Positions 46,269 to 56,432 of a DNA stretch of 64,000 nucleotides are shown in pieces. The notes below the pieces were generated by a model. The model saw only the letters and a list, made by a program, of their open reading frames with translations, was not told the DNA's origin and did not search any database. The stretch spans positions 32,001 to 96,000 of the forward strand of contig JAYKHR010000045.1 in assembly GCA_035285125.1 (NCBI GenBank), in the 5' to 3' direction. The DNA comes from Candidatus Sericytochromatia bacterium. Its GTDB lineage: Bacteria > Cyanobacteriota > Sericytochromatia > S15B-MN24 > JAQBPE01. The position numbers and the translations under genes were made by a program. Positions within the stretch are counted from its first letter, which is position 1. The number at the start of each line of letters is the position of its first letter.

Positions 46269-47558
46269 TCAGGGGCGCACGGCCCTCGCCGGGTCGATGC
46301 GGCCATGGCCGAAGTACGCGTTGAAGGCGCTTCCCCCGAGGGGCACGGCCGTCTCCTCGATGCGCCGCTTCACGGCCGCCGCGTCCCACTGCGGGTGGGC
46401 GTCCTTGACGAGGGCGGCCAGGCCCGCCACGTGGGGCGTGGCCATCGACGTGCCCGACATCCAGCCATAGTCGCGGACCGGGTACTCGCTGGCGAAGGTG
46501 GGCACCGTGGCAAGGATGTTGTGGCCGGGAGCAGCCACGGAAATCCAGTCGCCGAAGGACGAGAAGGACGCCCGCGTGTCATCGTCGCGCGTGGCCCCCA
46601 CGGCGATGACGCCGGGGAAGGCCGCCGGGTACAGGATGTCGTTGTGGCCGCTGTTGCCCATCGCCGCGACGAGGATAGCGTCTGCACGCTGCGCATAAAG
46701 CACGGCATCCTTGACGACGGGGTGGGGGTTGGGCGTGCCGAGGCTCATGCTGATCACGTGGGCCCCCTGGTCGGTGGCATGCACGATGCCGGCGGAGACG
46801 CTGGCGATGTCGCCATAGCCGTGGTCGGAGACCACCTTCTCGGCCAGGATGCGGCAGCGCGGGGCCACGCCGACCATGCCCCTGCCGTTGTTGGCGGTGG
46901 CCGCCGCGATGCCCGCCGCGTGGGTGCCGTGGCCGCCTCCGTCGCGCGGGTTGTCGGTGTTGCGCAGCGTGTCGCGACCCTTGACGACCCGGGAGACGCC
47001 CTCCGCCGTGGCGAGGTCCGGGTGGTCCCAGTCCACGCCCGTGTCGAGGATGGCGACCACGGTGCGGGGGCTTGCCATCGTGATGGCGTGGGCGGCCTCC
47101 AGGTTCAGCTTGCGGAAAGCCCACGACTGCCCGAGCAGCGGGTCGTTGTGGCCCGCGACATGCCAGGCCGGGGGCGTGAAGGGCCGCGCGGCCTCGCCCT
47201 CGGGGAGGGTGACGACCTCGTTCAGGGCAGCGTCGGCCACGCCGGGGGTCGCGGCCAGGCGGGCCCGCGCGGCGGCCAGGGCCGTGCCGGGCACCGTCTG
47301 ACGCACCCAGCGCCAGCCGAGCTTGGCGAGCAGCGGCTTCTCGTCCGTCGCATCCCGCAGGTGATGGGCCGCGAAGAGCTGCGTGGCCTCGGCCCGGCTG
47401 ACCTCACCCTCGAGCTTCACGAACAGGCCCGCTGCGGCCAGGCCCCCAAGGGCCTGGGCCCCGGGGCCCCCCACCGCCAGGGCCTGGGGCAGGGCCTGGC
47501 CGCACCCGGGCAGGCCGAGGCCAAGGAGGGTCACACCGAGGAGCCAACGCCGGGTCAT
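46269..47558 (-). CDS. S8 subtilisin-like serine protease, lipoprotein
   Basis: Lipobox LPGC; DTG, HGTH, GTSMATP; AAAGGA SD. Confidence 0.93.
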   Translation of the reverse strand: MTRRWLLGVTLLGLGLPGCGQALPQALAVGGPGAQALGGLAAAGLFVKLEGEVSRAEATQLFAAHHLRDATDEKPLLAKLGWRWVRQTVPGTALAAARARLAATPGVADAALNEVVTLPEGEAARPFTPPAWHVAGHNDPLLGQSWAFRKLNLEAAHAITMASPRTVVAILDTGVDWDHPDLATAEGVSRVVKGRDTLRNTDNPRDGGGHGTHAAGIAAATANNGRGMVGVAPRCRILAEKVVSDHGYGDIASVSAGIVHATDQGAHVISMSLGTPNPHPVVKDAVLYAQRADAILVAAMGNSGHNDILYPAAFPGVIAVGATRDDDTRASFSSFGDWISVAAPGHNILATVPTFASEYPVRDYGWMSGTSMATPHVAGLAALVKDAHPQWDAAAVKRRIEETAVPLGGSAFNAYFGHGRIDPARAVRP

Positions 47559-47643
47559 CAGGCAGTCCTTTCGCGCGCAAGTCTGGCCGGGGGGCTTGTC
47601 CGCCGAACATGCAACGAAGGGACAACGAGGGGGGGCAAGTTGT

Positions 47644-47658
47644 TTAAGGATAGATTAA
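47644..47658. promoter_or_regulatory. TTAA-N7-TTAA site upstream of the second subtilase
   Basis: TTAA-ggataga-TTAA. Confidence 0.6.
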
Positions 47659-47749
47659 ACCCCCTAAAAGAACTTGTCCTGAACGGGCGTCCTCCCCCAC
47701 GCAGGCCCGTGGGGCGCTGCTGGTGCGCCCCACGGGGGTGGGCCCGCCC

Positions 47750-48829
47750 TCAGCGTGCGGCCGGCGCGGCCCCGGCGCCCCAGCGTGCGCGAAGCCACAG
47801 CGCCACGTACACCAGCGCCACGAGCGCCGGCACCTCGATGAGCGGGCCCACGACGGCGGCCAGGGCCTCGGCGCTGCCGATGCCGAAGAGCCCGACGGCC
47901 ACGGCGATCGCCAGCTCGAAGTTGTTGCCGGCCGCCGTGAACGACAGCGCCGCGCTGTCCTCGTAGGAGAGGCCCGCCGCCTTGCTCACGGCGAAGGCCA
48001 GCGTGAACATCACGGCGAAGTAGGCCAGCAGCGGCAGGGCGATGTGCAGGACGTCGAGCGGCAGCTGCAGGAGCTTGGCCCCCTGCATCGCGAACATCAA
48101 GACGATGGTGTAGAGCAGCCCGCCAAGGGCGAGCGGCGCGAGGCGCGGCATCAGGACGCCGTCGTACCAGGCGCGGCCCCGCGCCCGGACGCCGAGGGCC
48201 CGCGTGAGGGCACCGAGGGCGAACGGGATGCCCAGGAAGATCCCCACCGACCCCGCGATCTGCCCCATCGAGACGTCGAGGGCCGTGGCCGTGCCCCCGA
48301 GCCAGGTGGGCAGGGCCGTGAGGTAGAACCAGCCAAGCACGGCGTACATGGCGATCTGGAACAGCGAGTTGAGCGCCACCAGCACGGCCCCCACCTCGCG
48401 GTCGCCCCGGGCCAGGTCGTTCCACAGCAGCACCATCGCGATGCAGCGGGCGAGGCCCACCAGCACGAGCCCCGTGCGGTAGGCCGGCTGGTCTGGCAGC
48501 ATCACCCAGGCGAGGGCGAACATCAGCGCGGGGCCCAGCACCCAGTTGAAGGCGAGCGACAGGGCCCACACCCGGCCCTTGGCCTGCATCGCGCCGAGCG
48601 TCTCGTAGCGCACCCGCGCGAGCACCGGATACATCATCGTGAGGAGCCCCAGCGCGATCGGGGCCGAGACGCCCGCGACCTTCCAGGCGTCGAGGCTGGC
48701 CCCGAGGCCCGGAAGGGCCTGCCCGAGGCCGAGGCCGAGGCCCATCGCCACGAAGATCCACACGGGCAAGAAGCGGTCGAGCAGCGACAGCGAGGCGACG
48801 ACGGAGGGGGATTGGCCGGTGGCGCCCAT
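47750..48829 (-). CDS. acr3: ACR3-family arsenite efflux transporter
   Basis: LDRFLPVWIF.AM, MMYPVLA, GLARCIAMVL.W, AGNNFELAIAV, GPLIEVP. Confidence 0.95.
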   Translation of the reverse strand: MGATGQSPSVVASLSLLDRFLPVWIFVAMGLGLGLGQALPGLGASLDAWKVAGVSAPIALGLLTMMYPVLARVRYETLGAMQAKGRVWALSLAFNWVLGPALMFALAWVMLPDQPAYRTGLVLVGLARCIAMVLLWNDLARGDREVGAVLVALNSLFQIAMYAVLGWFYLTALPTWLGGTATALDVSMGQIAGSVGIFLGIPFALGALTRALGVRARGRAWYDGVLMPRLAPLALGGLLYTIVLMFAMQGAKLLQLPLDVLHIALPLLAYFAVMFTLAFAVSKAAGLSYEDSAALSFTAAGNNFELAIAVAVGLFGIGSAEALAAVVGPLIEVPALVALVYVALWLRARWGAGAAPAAR

Positions 48830-48833
48830 GGCC

Positions 48834-49169
48834 TCAGGCCCTCCGCATCGCCAGGGCAGGCGGGAGCCACCCGAGGGCCAGGTCCGTCGCCTGGTAGTAG
48901 TTCCAGCGCCCTTGCCGCCGCGCCCGGACGAGCCCCGCTCGCTGCAGCACGGCGAGGTGGTGCGAGAGCGTGCCCTGGGGGATGCCCAGGGCGGCCACGA
49001 GGTCGCACACGCAGACCTCGCGGTCGCGCACGAGGTAGAGCACCTTCAGCCGGCCGACATCGCCGAGCGCCCTGTGCCGCCGGGCCCGCTCGGCCAGGTC
49101 GGGCGGATACGCCGCCGCAAGCGGGATGCTGCAACAGTCTTCAGGGGTTACGCCACCAGCCTGGGACAT
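48834..49169 (-). CDS. arsR: Arsenic-responsive ArsR repressor
   Basis: EVCVCDL metalloid site, N-terminal CC, SHHL..L..AGLV; AGGAGG SD. Confidence 0.9.
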   Translation of the reverse strand: MSQAGGVTPEDCCSIPLAAAYPPDLAERARRHRALGDVGRLKVLYLVRDREVCVCDLVAALGIPQGTLSHHLAVLQRAGLVRARRQGRWNYYQATDLALGWLPPALAMRRA

Positions 49170-49209
49170 CGGACCTCCTGCTCCACGCCCCGTTGACGCG
49201 GGGCAAATC

Positions 49210-49243
49210 ATCGACCAACTTCAATCTATTGAAAAAAGTCGAT
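49210..49243. promoter_or_regulatory. 34-bp inverted repeat between divergent arsR and arsC (ArsR operator)
   Basis: ATCGAC-caac-TTCAAT-ct-ATTGAA-aaaa-GTCGAT, flanked by inward-pointing TTGACG hexamers. Confidence 0.75.
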
Positions 49244-49268
49244 ACGTCAACCCCGCCACGAGGAACCC

Positions 49269-49685
49269 ATGCGCCACGTCCTGTTCGCCTGCGTCCACAA
49301 CACGGGCCGCTCCCAGATGGCGGAGGCCTTCTTCAACCGGCTCGCGGACCCTGCCCGCGCCCGCGCCCTTTCTGGCGGCACGGAGCCGGCCACGGAGATG
49401 AACCCCACGGTGCTGGCGGTGATGCGGGAGCTCGGCATCGACCTCGTCGGGGAGGGCCACCACCCGAAGCTGGCCGAGGTAGAGGCCCTCGCGCCCGGCG
49501 ATCGCGCCATCTCGATGGGCTGTGGCGTCAGCCTGGCCTGCCCGGCCGTCCTCGGCCCGCTGGAGGACTGGGGCCTCGACGACCCCAAGGGGCAAGGCAT
49601 CGAGCAGGTCCGCGCCATCCGCGACGCGATCCGGGCGCGGGTGGCCGGGTTGGTGGAAGAGTTGGGCGTCGGGCGGGGGGCCTGA
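49269..49685 (+). CDS. arsC: Arsenate reductase, LMW-PTP fold
   Basis: CVHNTGRSQMAE P-loop, MGCG..CP, DWGLDDP.G. Confidence 0.92.
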   Translation: MRHVLFACVHNTGRSQMAEAFFNRLADPARARALSGGTEPATEMNPTVLAVMRELGIDLVGEGHHPKLAEVEALAPGDRAISMGCGVSLACPAVLGPLEDWGLDDPKGQGIEQVRAIRDAIRARVAGLVEELGVGRGA

Positions 49686-49712
49686 CGGGGCGCAGCTGCC
49701 ACTCGCCCCCGC

Positions 49713-51080
49713 TCAGGCGGGCGCGAGCGGGGGTGGGGCAGGGCAGCCGGCTCCAAGGGGAGCAGCACGGTGAAGGTGCTGCCCGCCCCGACGGCGCTCT
49801 CGACCCCGATGGTGCCGCCTCGCCTGGCAGATGGCGAGCCCCAGGCCCGTGCCGCCAACGCGGCGGCTGGTGGTGCCGTCCACCTGATGGAAGCGCTCGA
49901 AGATGGCGGCGTGGTGGACCGGGGGGATGCCGACGCCGGTGTCCGCCACGACCAGCCGGACATGGTCCTCCACCTCGTCCAGCCGGGCCTCCACGCGCCC
50001 CCCCACCGGCGTGAAGCTGTGCGCGTTCACCAGCAGGTTGCGCAGCACCTGCGCGATCTGCGGCGCGTCGAGCAGCGCGGGCAGGGGGCCTTCGGGCAGC
50101 CTGCGCACCAGCGCGAGGCCCTTCTGCTGGTAGAGAGGCTCGAGGCCGTCGAGCACCTCCTCGGCCAGCTGGCGGACGTCCACCGGGTCGCGGTCGTGGG
50201 TCATCTCGCCCGACTCGATGCGGGAGTAGATCAGCAGGTCGCCGACGAGGCGCGCCAGCACGTCGGTCTGGGCCACGATCGTCTCGCCCAGCACCTGCTT
50301 GCCAGCCTGCGCGTCTTGCAGGCCGAGCCAGGCAGCGGCCTTGATCGCGGCCTGCGGGGTGCGAAGCTCGTGGCTGACGCTGCCCACGAAGGCCGACTTC
50401 AGCCGGTCGAGCTCCCGCAGCTTGGCTTGCTGCGCACGAAGCTCCTCGGTGGTGGCCTGCAGCTCGGCCTCGAACCGCTCCAGCGTGGCCAAGCCCATGC
50501 CGATGCCCACGACGAGGTGCAGCACGCCGCCCGCCCAGTACCCCAGCCAGGCGCCCCCCGTGTCCCCGATGACGGGAAAGGCGAGGGGGAGGAGCCCCGC
50601 CGCGATGAGCGGCCAGCCGACCCAGCGCAGGCTCCCCTGGCCGAGGTGCCGAGGCTGGCGCGTCAGGGTGCACCCCACCCAGACGGCCGAGGCGCTCAAC
50701 CCCAGCATCATGGGCGCCGCGGCCACGGGGAAGGGCTGTCCGAGGGCCATCGCGCCCAGGCTCCCCAGCACGGCCACGCCCGGCAGGCCCAGCACGGCGC
50801 GCGAGACGACGACGGGCAACGGCAGCTGCGAGACCATCTGCATCAGCAGGGTGATGTTCACGCCCACGATCGCCACCTCCGCGGCGTTGAGCAGCCAGGA
50901 CCTCCCCACCAGGGAGGCCAGCAGCTCACAAGCGATGCTGGCAAAGACGCAGGCGTAGGAGCGGCACCAGGTCTCGAAGTGCGGAGCCGCCGGGATGCGC
51001 CGCCGCAAGAGCAAGGAGAGCCCCAGCACGATGCCGACGGCCGTGAGGTTCCAGAGGGAGGCGAACTGAACGAGAGACAT
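49713..51080 (-). pseudogene. Multi-TM sensor histidine kinase with frameshift in the HATPase C-terminus (pseudogene or assembly error)
   Basis: SHELRTP, NLLVNA, DTGVGI, GGTGLGLAIC in one frame; GGTIGVES..G.GSTFTVLLP continues in another frame from about 49819. Confidence 0.75.
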
Positions 51081-51231
51081 GGAAGGAAAGGTGTCCAGGC
51101 TTCGGTCAGGGTCGTTGAGGCGCAAGATGCGCCGGCATCTCCCTGACAGCCCCGAACCGGTGGCTGCAGGCCATTCAGCGTACAGGTCTCTCCCCGACTG
51201 GGCAACGCTGCCCCCCGGGTATGACACCCCC

Positions 51232-51795
51232 ATGACCGACGACGACCACGCCTGGAAGCAGCTGCTCGACCCCCACAGCCAGTTCCCCGCCGAGGCCCTG
51301 ACGGGGCTCGAGCAGCGGGCCCGCGAAGCCCTGATGGCCTGCGGCGAGGTGGCGCTCGCGCGCACGGGCGAGGCCGCCGTCGACGGGCGCCGGCCCTTCG
51401 ACCCGGCGTTCTGGACGAGGCTCCCGCGCTGGCGGACGCGGGACGTCTTCCAGGCCGACGTCCCCGTGGGGCTCGACTGGGGCGGTGAGGAGCTGGCCTT
51501 CCTCTCGCTCGTGGTGACGGAGGAGGCGCTGGAGGTCCGGTTGCCGGCGATCGCGTGGACCACGGGCTACGGCGGGCCCGCCCTCGTCGCGAGCCTGTGG
51601 CGCCGGGAGCCCTTCGCCAAGCTGCGCGGGTCGGCCCTGCGCACGCTGCTGGCGGAGGGCTTCGAGGCGCTGCGCGCCCGCCACGTGGTCTGCAGCCGCT
51701 GCGGCGAGGGCTTCGGGCCGGGGCGCTGCCTCACGGTGGGAGACGAGGTGGTCTGCCACGGGTGCGCGGAGGGGGAACTCGGGGTGGTGTTCTGA
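51232..51795 (+). CDS. Hypothetical protein with C-terminal CxxC..CHGC zinc site
   Basis: CSRC...CHGCAE; ATG 51232. Confidence 0.65.
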   Translation: MTDDDHAWKQLLDPHSQFPAEALTGLEQRAREALMACGEVALARTGEAAVDGRRPFDPAFWTRLPRWRTRDVFQADVPVGLDWGGEELAFLSLVVTEEALEVRLPAIAWTTGYGGPALVASLWRREPFAKLRGSALRTLLAEGFEALRARHVVCSRCGEGFGPGRCLTVGDEVVCHGCAEGELGVVF

Positions 51796-51875
51796 GGGGG
51801 GCGGCCGCCACCAGCCCGAGGCCCCGACGCGCGGCAAGCCCCGGCGGGGCGTAACCCGCTCCACCCCCGACGCCA

Positions 51876-51914
51876 CCAAAAAGCCCCCCACCCGGAAATC
51901 CAGGTGAGGAGCCA
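51876..51914 (-). terminator. Terminator downstream of tRNA-Leu
   Basis: Minus strand GGCTCCTCACCTGGA-tt-TCCGGGTGGGGGGCT then TTT (G-U pairs). Confidence 0.65.
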
Positions 51915-51917
51915 AGG

Positions 51918-51998
51918 TGCCCGAGGCCGGGGTCGAACCGGCACGCCTTGCGGCGGTCGATTTTGAGTCGACTGCGTCTGCCATTCCGCCACTCGGGC
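51918..51998 (-). tRNA. tRNA-Leu (anticodon CAA)
   Basis: GCCCGAG acceptor stem, GGAATGGCAGAC D-arm, GTCGA-CTCAAAA-TCGAC anticodon arm, long variable arm, GGTTCGACCCC T-arm; full CCA not encoded; TATGAT upstream. Confidence 0.97.
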
Positions 51999-52048
51999 AG
52001 CGGTGCTTCATCATAGCCCCTTGCCCCCCGACGGGCAACCCGGCCCCC

Positions 52049-53083
52049 TCAGCGCGGTGGAAAGAAGAGCTGGCGGTTGAGAGCCGGGAAGAAGTCCTTG
52101 AGCACGGGGTGCTGGTGCCAGACGCCGAGCATCGTCGCCAGGTACTCCAGCTGCTCGGCGAGCGGCTCGGGCTTGGCGCCCTTCTTGACCTCCAGCACGG
52201 CCTCCTTGAGCTCGCCGAAGATGCGCAGGGCCGTCTCGGCGTGCTGGGTGGCGCGGGGATCGTCCTTGAGGCGGGCGGCGAGCAGGCGGGCGCGCTTGGA
52301 CTGCGGGTTGAAGATGTCGAGCAACCCCGTCCCGACGACGGGCCGTTGCAACTCGAGCAGGCGCCGCACCTCCGCCATGCCGGGCGCGAGGTGCTGGATG
52401 ACGGCCTCCCCGCGCTGCCAGGTGGCCTGGCGCATGGCCGCGTACCGCGTGGCGCTGTCCTGCGGGTTCAGCACGCCCGTGCCGCGGGCCTGCAGCGCGC
52501 CCGTGCCCGGGGCGCGCTGGCGAGGCTCCTCGGGCGGCGGGAACATCTGGCCGAGCAGGTGGTCGTGGCGGAACTCGAGGTGCAAGATGGTGAGGGGGTA
52601 GAACTTGCGCTTCACCTCCTCGAGCGTCTGCGGGCCCGCCCGCCCCTCGCGCATCGCCCGCCGGGCACCCGTAACGGCCTGGGCCGCGTCGTGGAAGCGG
52701 AAGACGGCCACCTGCATCTGGCGCGCCAGGTCCGGCTTCATCACGGCGATCTTCTCGAGGTACGCGATGATCTTCTTGCCCTGCGGCGAGAGGGCGTGCT
52801 TGTGGGTCCACGCCTCGACGCCCGGGATCGGCATCTGGACAGCCTGCAGGGAATGGACGAGCAGCTCCATCCGTTGCTCGAGCGCCTGGACGTGCTTGGA
52901 GACCCGTGCCACCGTGGTCTCCAGTGACGCCTTGAAGACCGCCTCGTCGACCAGCGGGGCCGTGCCCGGCCGCGCGAGGGGGCCCGAGGCCGGGGGCTGC
53001 GGGAGCCGACCGGTGCCCGGGAGGGGCTTCGTGGTGTTCAGCTGGAGCTGATCCCCCTGTCGCTGGGCTCGATCCTCGCTCAA
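52049..53083 (-). CDS. Hypothetical helical protein with internal duplication
   Basis: 344-aa GC3-biased ORF; two blocks ending HDHLLGQMFP and HQHPVLKDFFP. Confidence 0.75.
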   Translation of the reverse strand: MSEDRAQRQGDQLQLNTTKPLPGTGRLPQPPASGPLARPGTAPLVDEAVFKASLETTVARVSKHVQALEQRMELLVHSLQAVQMPIPGVEAWTHKHALSPQGKKIIAYLEKIAVMKPDLARQMQVAVFRFHDAAQAVTGARRAMREGRAGPQTLEEVKRKFYPLTILHLEFRHDHLLGQMFPPPEEPRQRAPGTGALQARGTGVLNPQDSATRYAAMRQATWQRGEAVIQHLAPGMAEVRRLLELQRPVVGTGLLDIFNPQSKRARLLAARLKDDPRATQHAETALRIFGELKEAVLEVKKGAKPEPLAEQLEYLATMLGVWHQHPVLKDFFPALNRQLFFPPR

Positions 53084-53395
53084 CGCACCTGCGGGCTCAC
53101 CCGCCGCTCGTCAGGGCCGCCCGGGCTCACCGGGCGCAGCGGCCCGGCCGCTTTTCTCCTCATACCCGCCCGTGCGGCAGATCACGCCGGGGGTGTGTCG
53201 AGGGTCCTCGCGCCCGGGGCTCGCCGCGGGGCACCATGGTCTCCATGCCCACCCCCCGTCGTCCCGGCCCCGCCTCCTTGACCCCCCTGCGACCCAACGC
53301 CGTCGAGCGGCCGGCCCAGCCCGCGCAGCGCCCCCTGGCCCTCCCGGGTTGCCTGCGCCCCGGGCCCCATGCCGAGCCCGCTGAAGCCCGCCGGC

Positions 53396-54574
53396 TCACG
53401 GGTTGAAGACGAGCGTCCCCAGGCTCCGTGCAATCGCGGCCTGGTGAGGCGGCAGCAGCCGGGCCTCGCCCCCGAAGGTGATGGCATAGAGCCGGTCGTC
53501 CTGAAAGAAGAGCCAGGTGTCGGCGGCCCAGCTGCCCTGGCGCTGGGCGACGTGGGCGGCCTGCACCCCGAAGCGCCCCTCCAGCTTGATGCCAGGACCG
53601 TACGTCACCGCCTCGGCCAGCAGCAGCTGGCGGGCCCGCGCCACCCGCTGGTCGGGCTTGAAGCGCGCGAGGTCGGGGACGTCCCGCCAGACAAGCAGCA
53701 GGGTCGGCGGCTGCTCCGTCCCACCTGGGGCCGCCAGCGCACTGCCGGGGCCGAACAACGCCCGGCGCTCGCCCCGCTCATCGCCCTCGTCGAGCAGCAC
53801 GAAACCCGCCGGCGGCACGAACTCGAAGGTGCCGTCGAGGGCCTTGAACCAGCCCGGGCGGGCGTTGCGGGAGCGCGCCCGCGGGCCGGCGCCGGGCGCC
53901 TCCGCCGCGAGCCACGGGGTGCGGGGGGGCGGGGTGGCGGTGGCCCGGGCCGGCGTCGGCAGGGCAGGCACAGGCGTCGGCCGGGCAGCCGAAGGCGAAG
54001 CCAGGACAGCCGATGCCGGCGATGGTTGCACCGCCGGTGCAGAGGTAGACGGTGAGGGCAACGGCAGGACCGCCGGCGGGGAGGTGGCCGGCGGGGGCAG
54101 GGCAGCCTGCCCGGAGGTGACCGGCGAGGCCGACAGCGCGCCATGCGAGGCTGCCGGCGCAGCTGAGGCCGCCGGCGGGCCCGACGCTGCGGGCGAGGGA
54201 CCGAGGGCGGCCGGGGCCAGCCCCTGGCCCGGCAACGCCAGCTCGCCGAAGGTCGCCAGCCACATCTCGGCATCCCGCCCGAAGGGCCCGGCCGGGTCGA
54301 GCTCCTGCACGCGGTGCCAGGCCACCGCCGCGGCCTGGTGGCGCCCGAGGCGCCAGCACACGAGCGCCAGGTAGTAGTGGGCCTCCCGGTCCTTCGGGTG
54401 CTCGGCGGCGAGGCGCTCCAGCAGCGGGAGGGCGGCCTCATGCCGGCCCTCCCTGTAGGCCTGGCGGGCCTCGCCCCAAACGTCCTCGGCCGCTCCGGCG
54501 GGGAGGCCGCCGAGCAGCATCAGGCCGAGCAGACAGCCGCCGGCGAGCCGCCCCGGGCGCGTGCACGTTCGCAT
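53396..54574 (-). CDS. Exported TPR protein with Pro/Ala linker and C-terminal domain
   Basis: Signal peptide; TPR-like AHYYLALVCWRLG...ELDP; TAACAT 6 nt before the ATG. Confidence 0.75.
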   Translation of the reverse strand: MRTCTRPGRLAGGCLLGLMLLGGLPAGAAEDVWGEARQAYREGRHEAALPLLERLAAEHPKDREAHYYLALVCWRLGRHQAAAVAWHRVQELDPAGPFGRDAEMWLATFGELALPGQGLAPAALGPSPAASGPPAASAAPAASHGALSASPVTSGQAALPPPATSPPAVLPLPSPSTSAPAVQPSPASAVLASPSAARPTPVPALPTPARATATPPPRTPWLAAEAPGAGPRARSRNARPGWFKALDGTFEFVPPAGFVLLDEGDERGERRALFGPGSALAAPGGTEQPPTLLLVWRDVPDLARFKPDQRVARARQLLLAEAVTYGPGIKLEGRFGVQAAHVAQRQGSWAADTWLFFQDDRLYAITFGGEARLLPPHQAAIARSLGTLVFNP

Positions 54575-54663
54575 GGCGCCATGTTACGCCGTCACCTCCC
54601 GGGAGGCAAACGGAGCCCCTCGCGGGGGTACAATAGCGGTCCTGCCGCTGACTGGAGCCACGC

Positions 54664-56385
54664 TTGCCCCACCCCGCCCGGATCGAATGGCGCGTGCGCC
54701 AGCCCGAACCCGACGCCCTGGCTGCGCTCGAGGCGATGCCGGGCACCTCCCGCCTGCTCGCGCAGGTGCTGGCCGCGCGGGGGTGGCGCCCGGGTCCCGC
54801 GCTGACGACCTTCCTCGCCCCGCCGTCCACGCGGGAGCCGGACTACGGCGCGTTGCCAGGCGTGCCAGAGGCCGTGACCCTGTTGCTGGGGGCGATCGCC
54901 CGGCGCGAGCGCATCACGGTGTGCGGAGACTACGACATCGACGGCATCGCCTCCACCTCGCTGCTGGTGCGCGCCCTCGAGCACCACGATGCCGTGGTCG
55001 ACCACTTCCTGCCCCACCGCCTGGTCGAGGGCTACGGGCTCAACGCCACGACCATCCAGGGCCTCGCCGACCAGGGCACCCGCGTGCTGGTGACCGTCGA
55101 CAACGGCATCTCCAGCCACGAGCAGATCGCCTTCGCGCGCAGCCTGGGGCTCGACGTGATCATCACGGACCACCACCGGCCGGGGGCGTCGCTCCCGAAT
55201 GCCACCGTGATCGTGAACCCCTGGCTAATGGCCGACCCGGGCGGGCTGGCCCCGCTCGCGGGCGTCGGCGTGGCTTACGCGCTGGCCCGCAGCCTGGACC
55301 ACGCCCTGCCCCCGCGCGAGCCCGACGCCCGGCACCTGCTGGACCTCGTCGCGCTCGGCACGCTGGGGGACCAGGCCCCCCTGGTCGACGAGAACCGCCG
55401 GCTCGTGAGGCAGGGTCTCGCCCGCATCAGCCGGTCACCCCGCCGGGGCGTCGCGGCACTCGCCCGGGCCGCCCGCTGCAACCTGAAGGCCGCGAACCTC
55501 TCGGAGCTGCTCTCCCAGCGGGTCATCCCGCGCATCAACGCCGCAGGCCGCATGGCGCACCCGAGGCTGGCCCTGGAGCTGCTGCTGGCCCACGACGACG
55601 CCCCCGCCCGGCAGATGGCGGACCAGCTGGAGCGGCTGAACCAGGAGCGCCGGCTGCTCTCCCTCGCCATCGAGGCCGAGGCCATCGCCCGGGTGGCTGG
55701 CGGCGACATGCCCGGCGGCCCCGCGATCATCCTGGCGGACGCGGGCTGGCACCACGGCGTGCTCGGCATCGTCGCCTCCAGGCTCGCCGAGCGCTTCAGG
55801 CGCCCGACGCTGCTGTTCGCCCCCGAAGACAACGGCCACCTGCGTGGCTCGGGCCGCAGCGTGTCCGGCCACGACCTTCACGCCACGCTGGAGGCCGTCG
55901 GAAAGGTGCTCGGGCGGTTCGGGGGCCACGCGAACGCGGTGGGGCTGTCCGTCGCCCCCGAGGACTTCGAGTTCTTCTGCGCGATCTTCCAGGCAGAGGT
56001 GGCGGTGCGCCTGACGGCGCCGGTGAGCTACACCAAGGTCTGGGAGGTCGATGCTGAGCCGCCGCTCTCGGCGCTCGGCTTCGAGGCGGTGGCCAGCCTG
56101 CAGGCGCTGGAGCCGACGGGCCCGGAGAACCCTGGCCCCACCTTCGGGCTGCGCGGGGCCACCGTGCTGCGTCAGGAGCGGCGGGGCCCCGAGGACGAGC
56201 ACCTCTGGCTCGAGGTGGCCGACCAGACGGGCCAGGCAGCCGCGATCGCCTTCGGCCAGGGAAAGCGCCATCCGCTGCCGGAGGGGCCCGTCGATCTGGT
56301 CTACCAGCCCGTGGCCGAGCGCTGGCAGGGCCAGAACCGTCTCACCCTGAAGGTCCTGGCCGTCGGACCCGCTGCCGACGCCTGA
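54664..56385 (+). CDS. recJ: ssDNA exonuclease RecJ
   Basis: [46 protein letters not shown]. Confidence 0.95.
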   Translation: MPHPARIEWRVRQPEPDALAALEAMPGTSRLLAQVLAARGWRPGPALTTFLAPPSTREPDYGALPGVPEAVTLLLGAIARRERITVCGDYDIDGIASTSLLVRALEHHDAVVDHFLPHRLVEGYGLNATTIQGLADQGTRVLVTVDNGISSHEQIAFARSLGLDVIITDHHRPGASLPNATVIVNPWLMADPGGLAPLAGVGVAYALARSLDHALPPREPDARHLLDLVALGTLGDQAPLVDENRRLVRQGLARISRSPRRGVAALARAARCNLKAANLSELLSQRVIPRINAAGRMAHPRLALELLLAHDDAPARQMADQLERLNQERRLLSLAIEAEAIARVAGGDMPGGPAIILADAGWHHGVLGIVASRLAERFRRPTLLFAPEDNGHLRGSGRSVSGHDLHATLEAVGKVLGRFGGHANAVGLSVAPEDFEFFCAIFQAEVAVRLTAPVSYTKVWEVDAEPPLSALGFEAVASLQALEPTGPENPGPTFGLRGATVLRQERRGPEDEHLWLEVADQTGQAAAIAFGQGKRHPLPEGPVDLVYQPVAERWQGQNRLTLKVLAVGPAADA

Positions 56386-56432
56386 CGCGCATCGTGTATC
56401 ATCGTCGCGTCCCCTCCCAGAAAGGAGCCGCG

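Noticed and set aside
38500..51917. Possible genomic island integrated at the tRNA-Leu 3' end (ars, photolyase, CA-icd genes)
   Set aside because: No integrase or transposase, no duplicate of the tRNA 3' end noticed, and no obvious GC shift; cannot be excluded without comparative genomes
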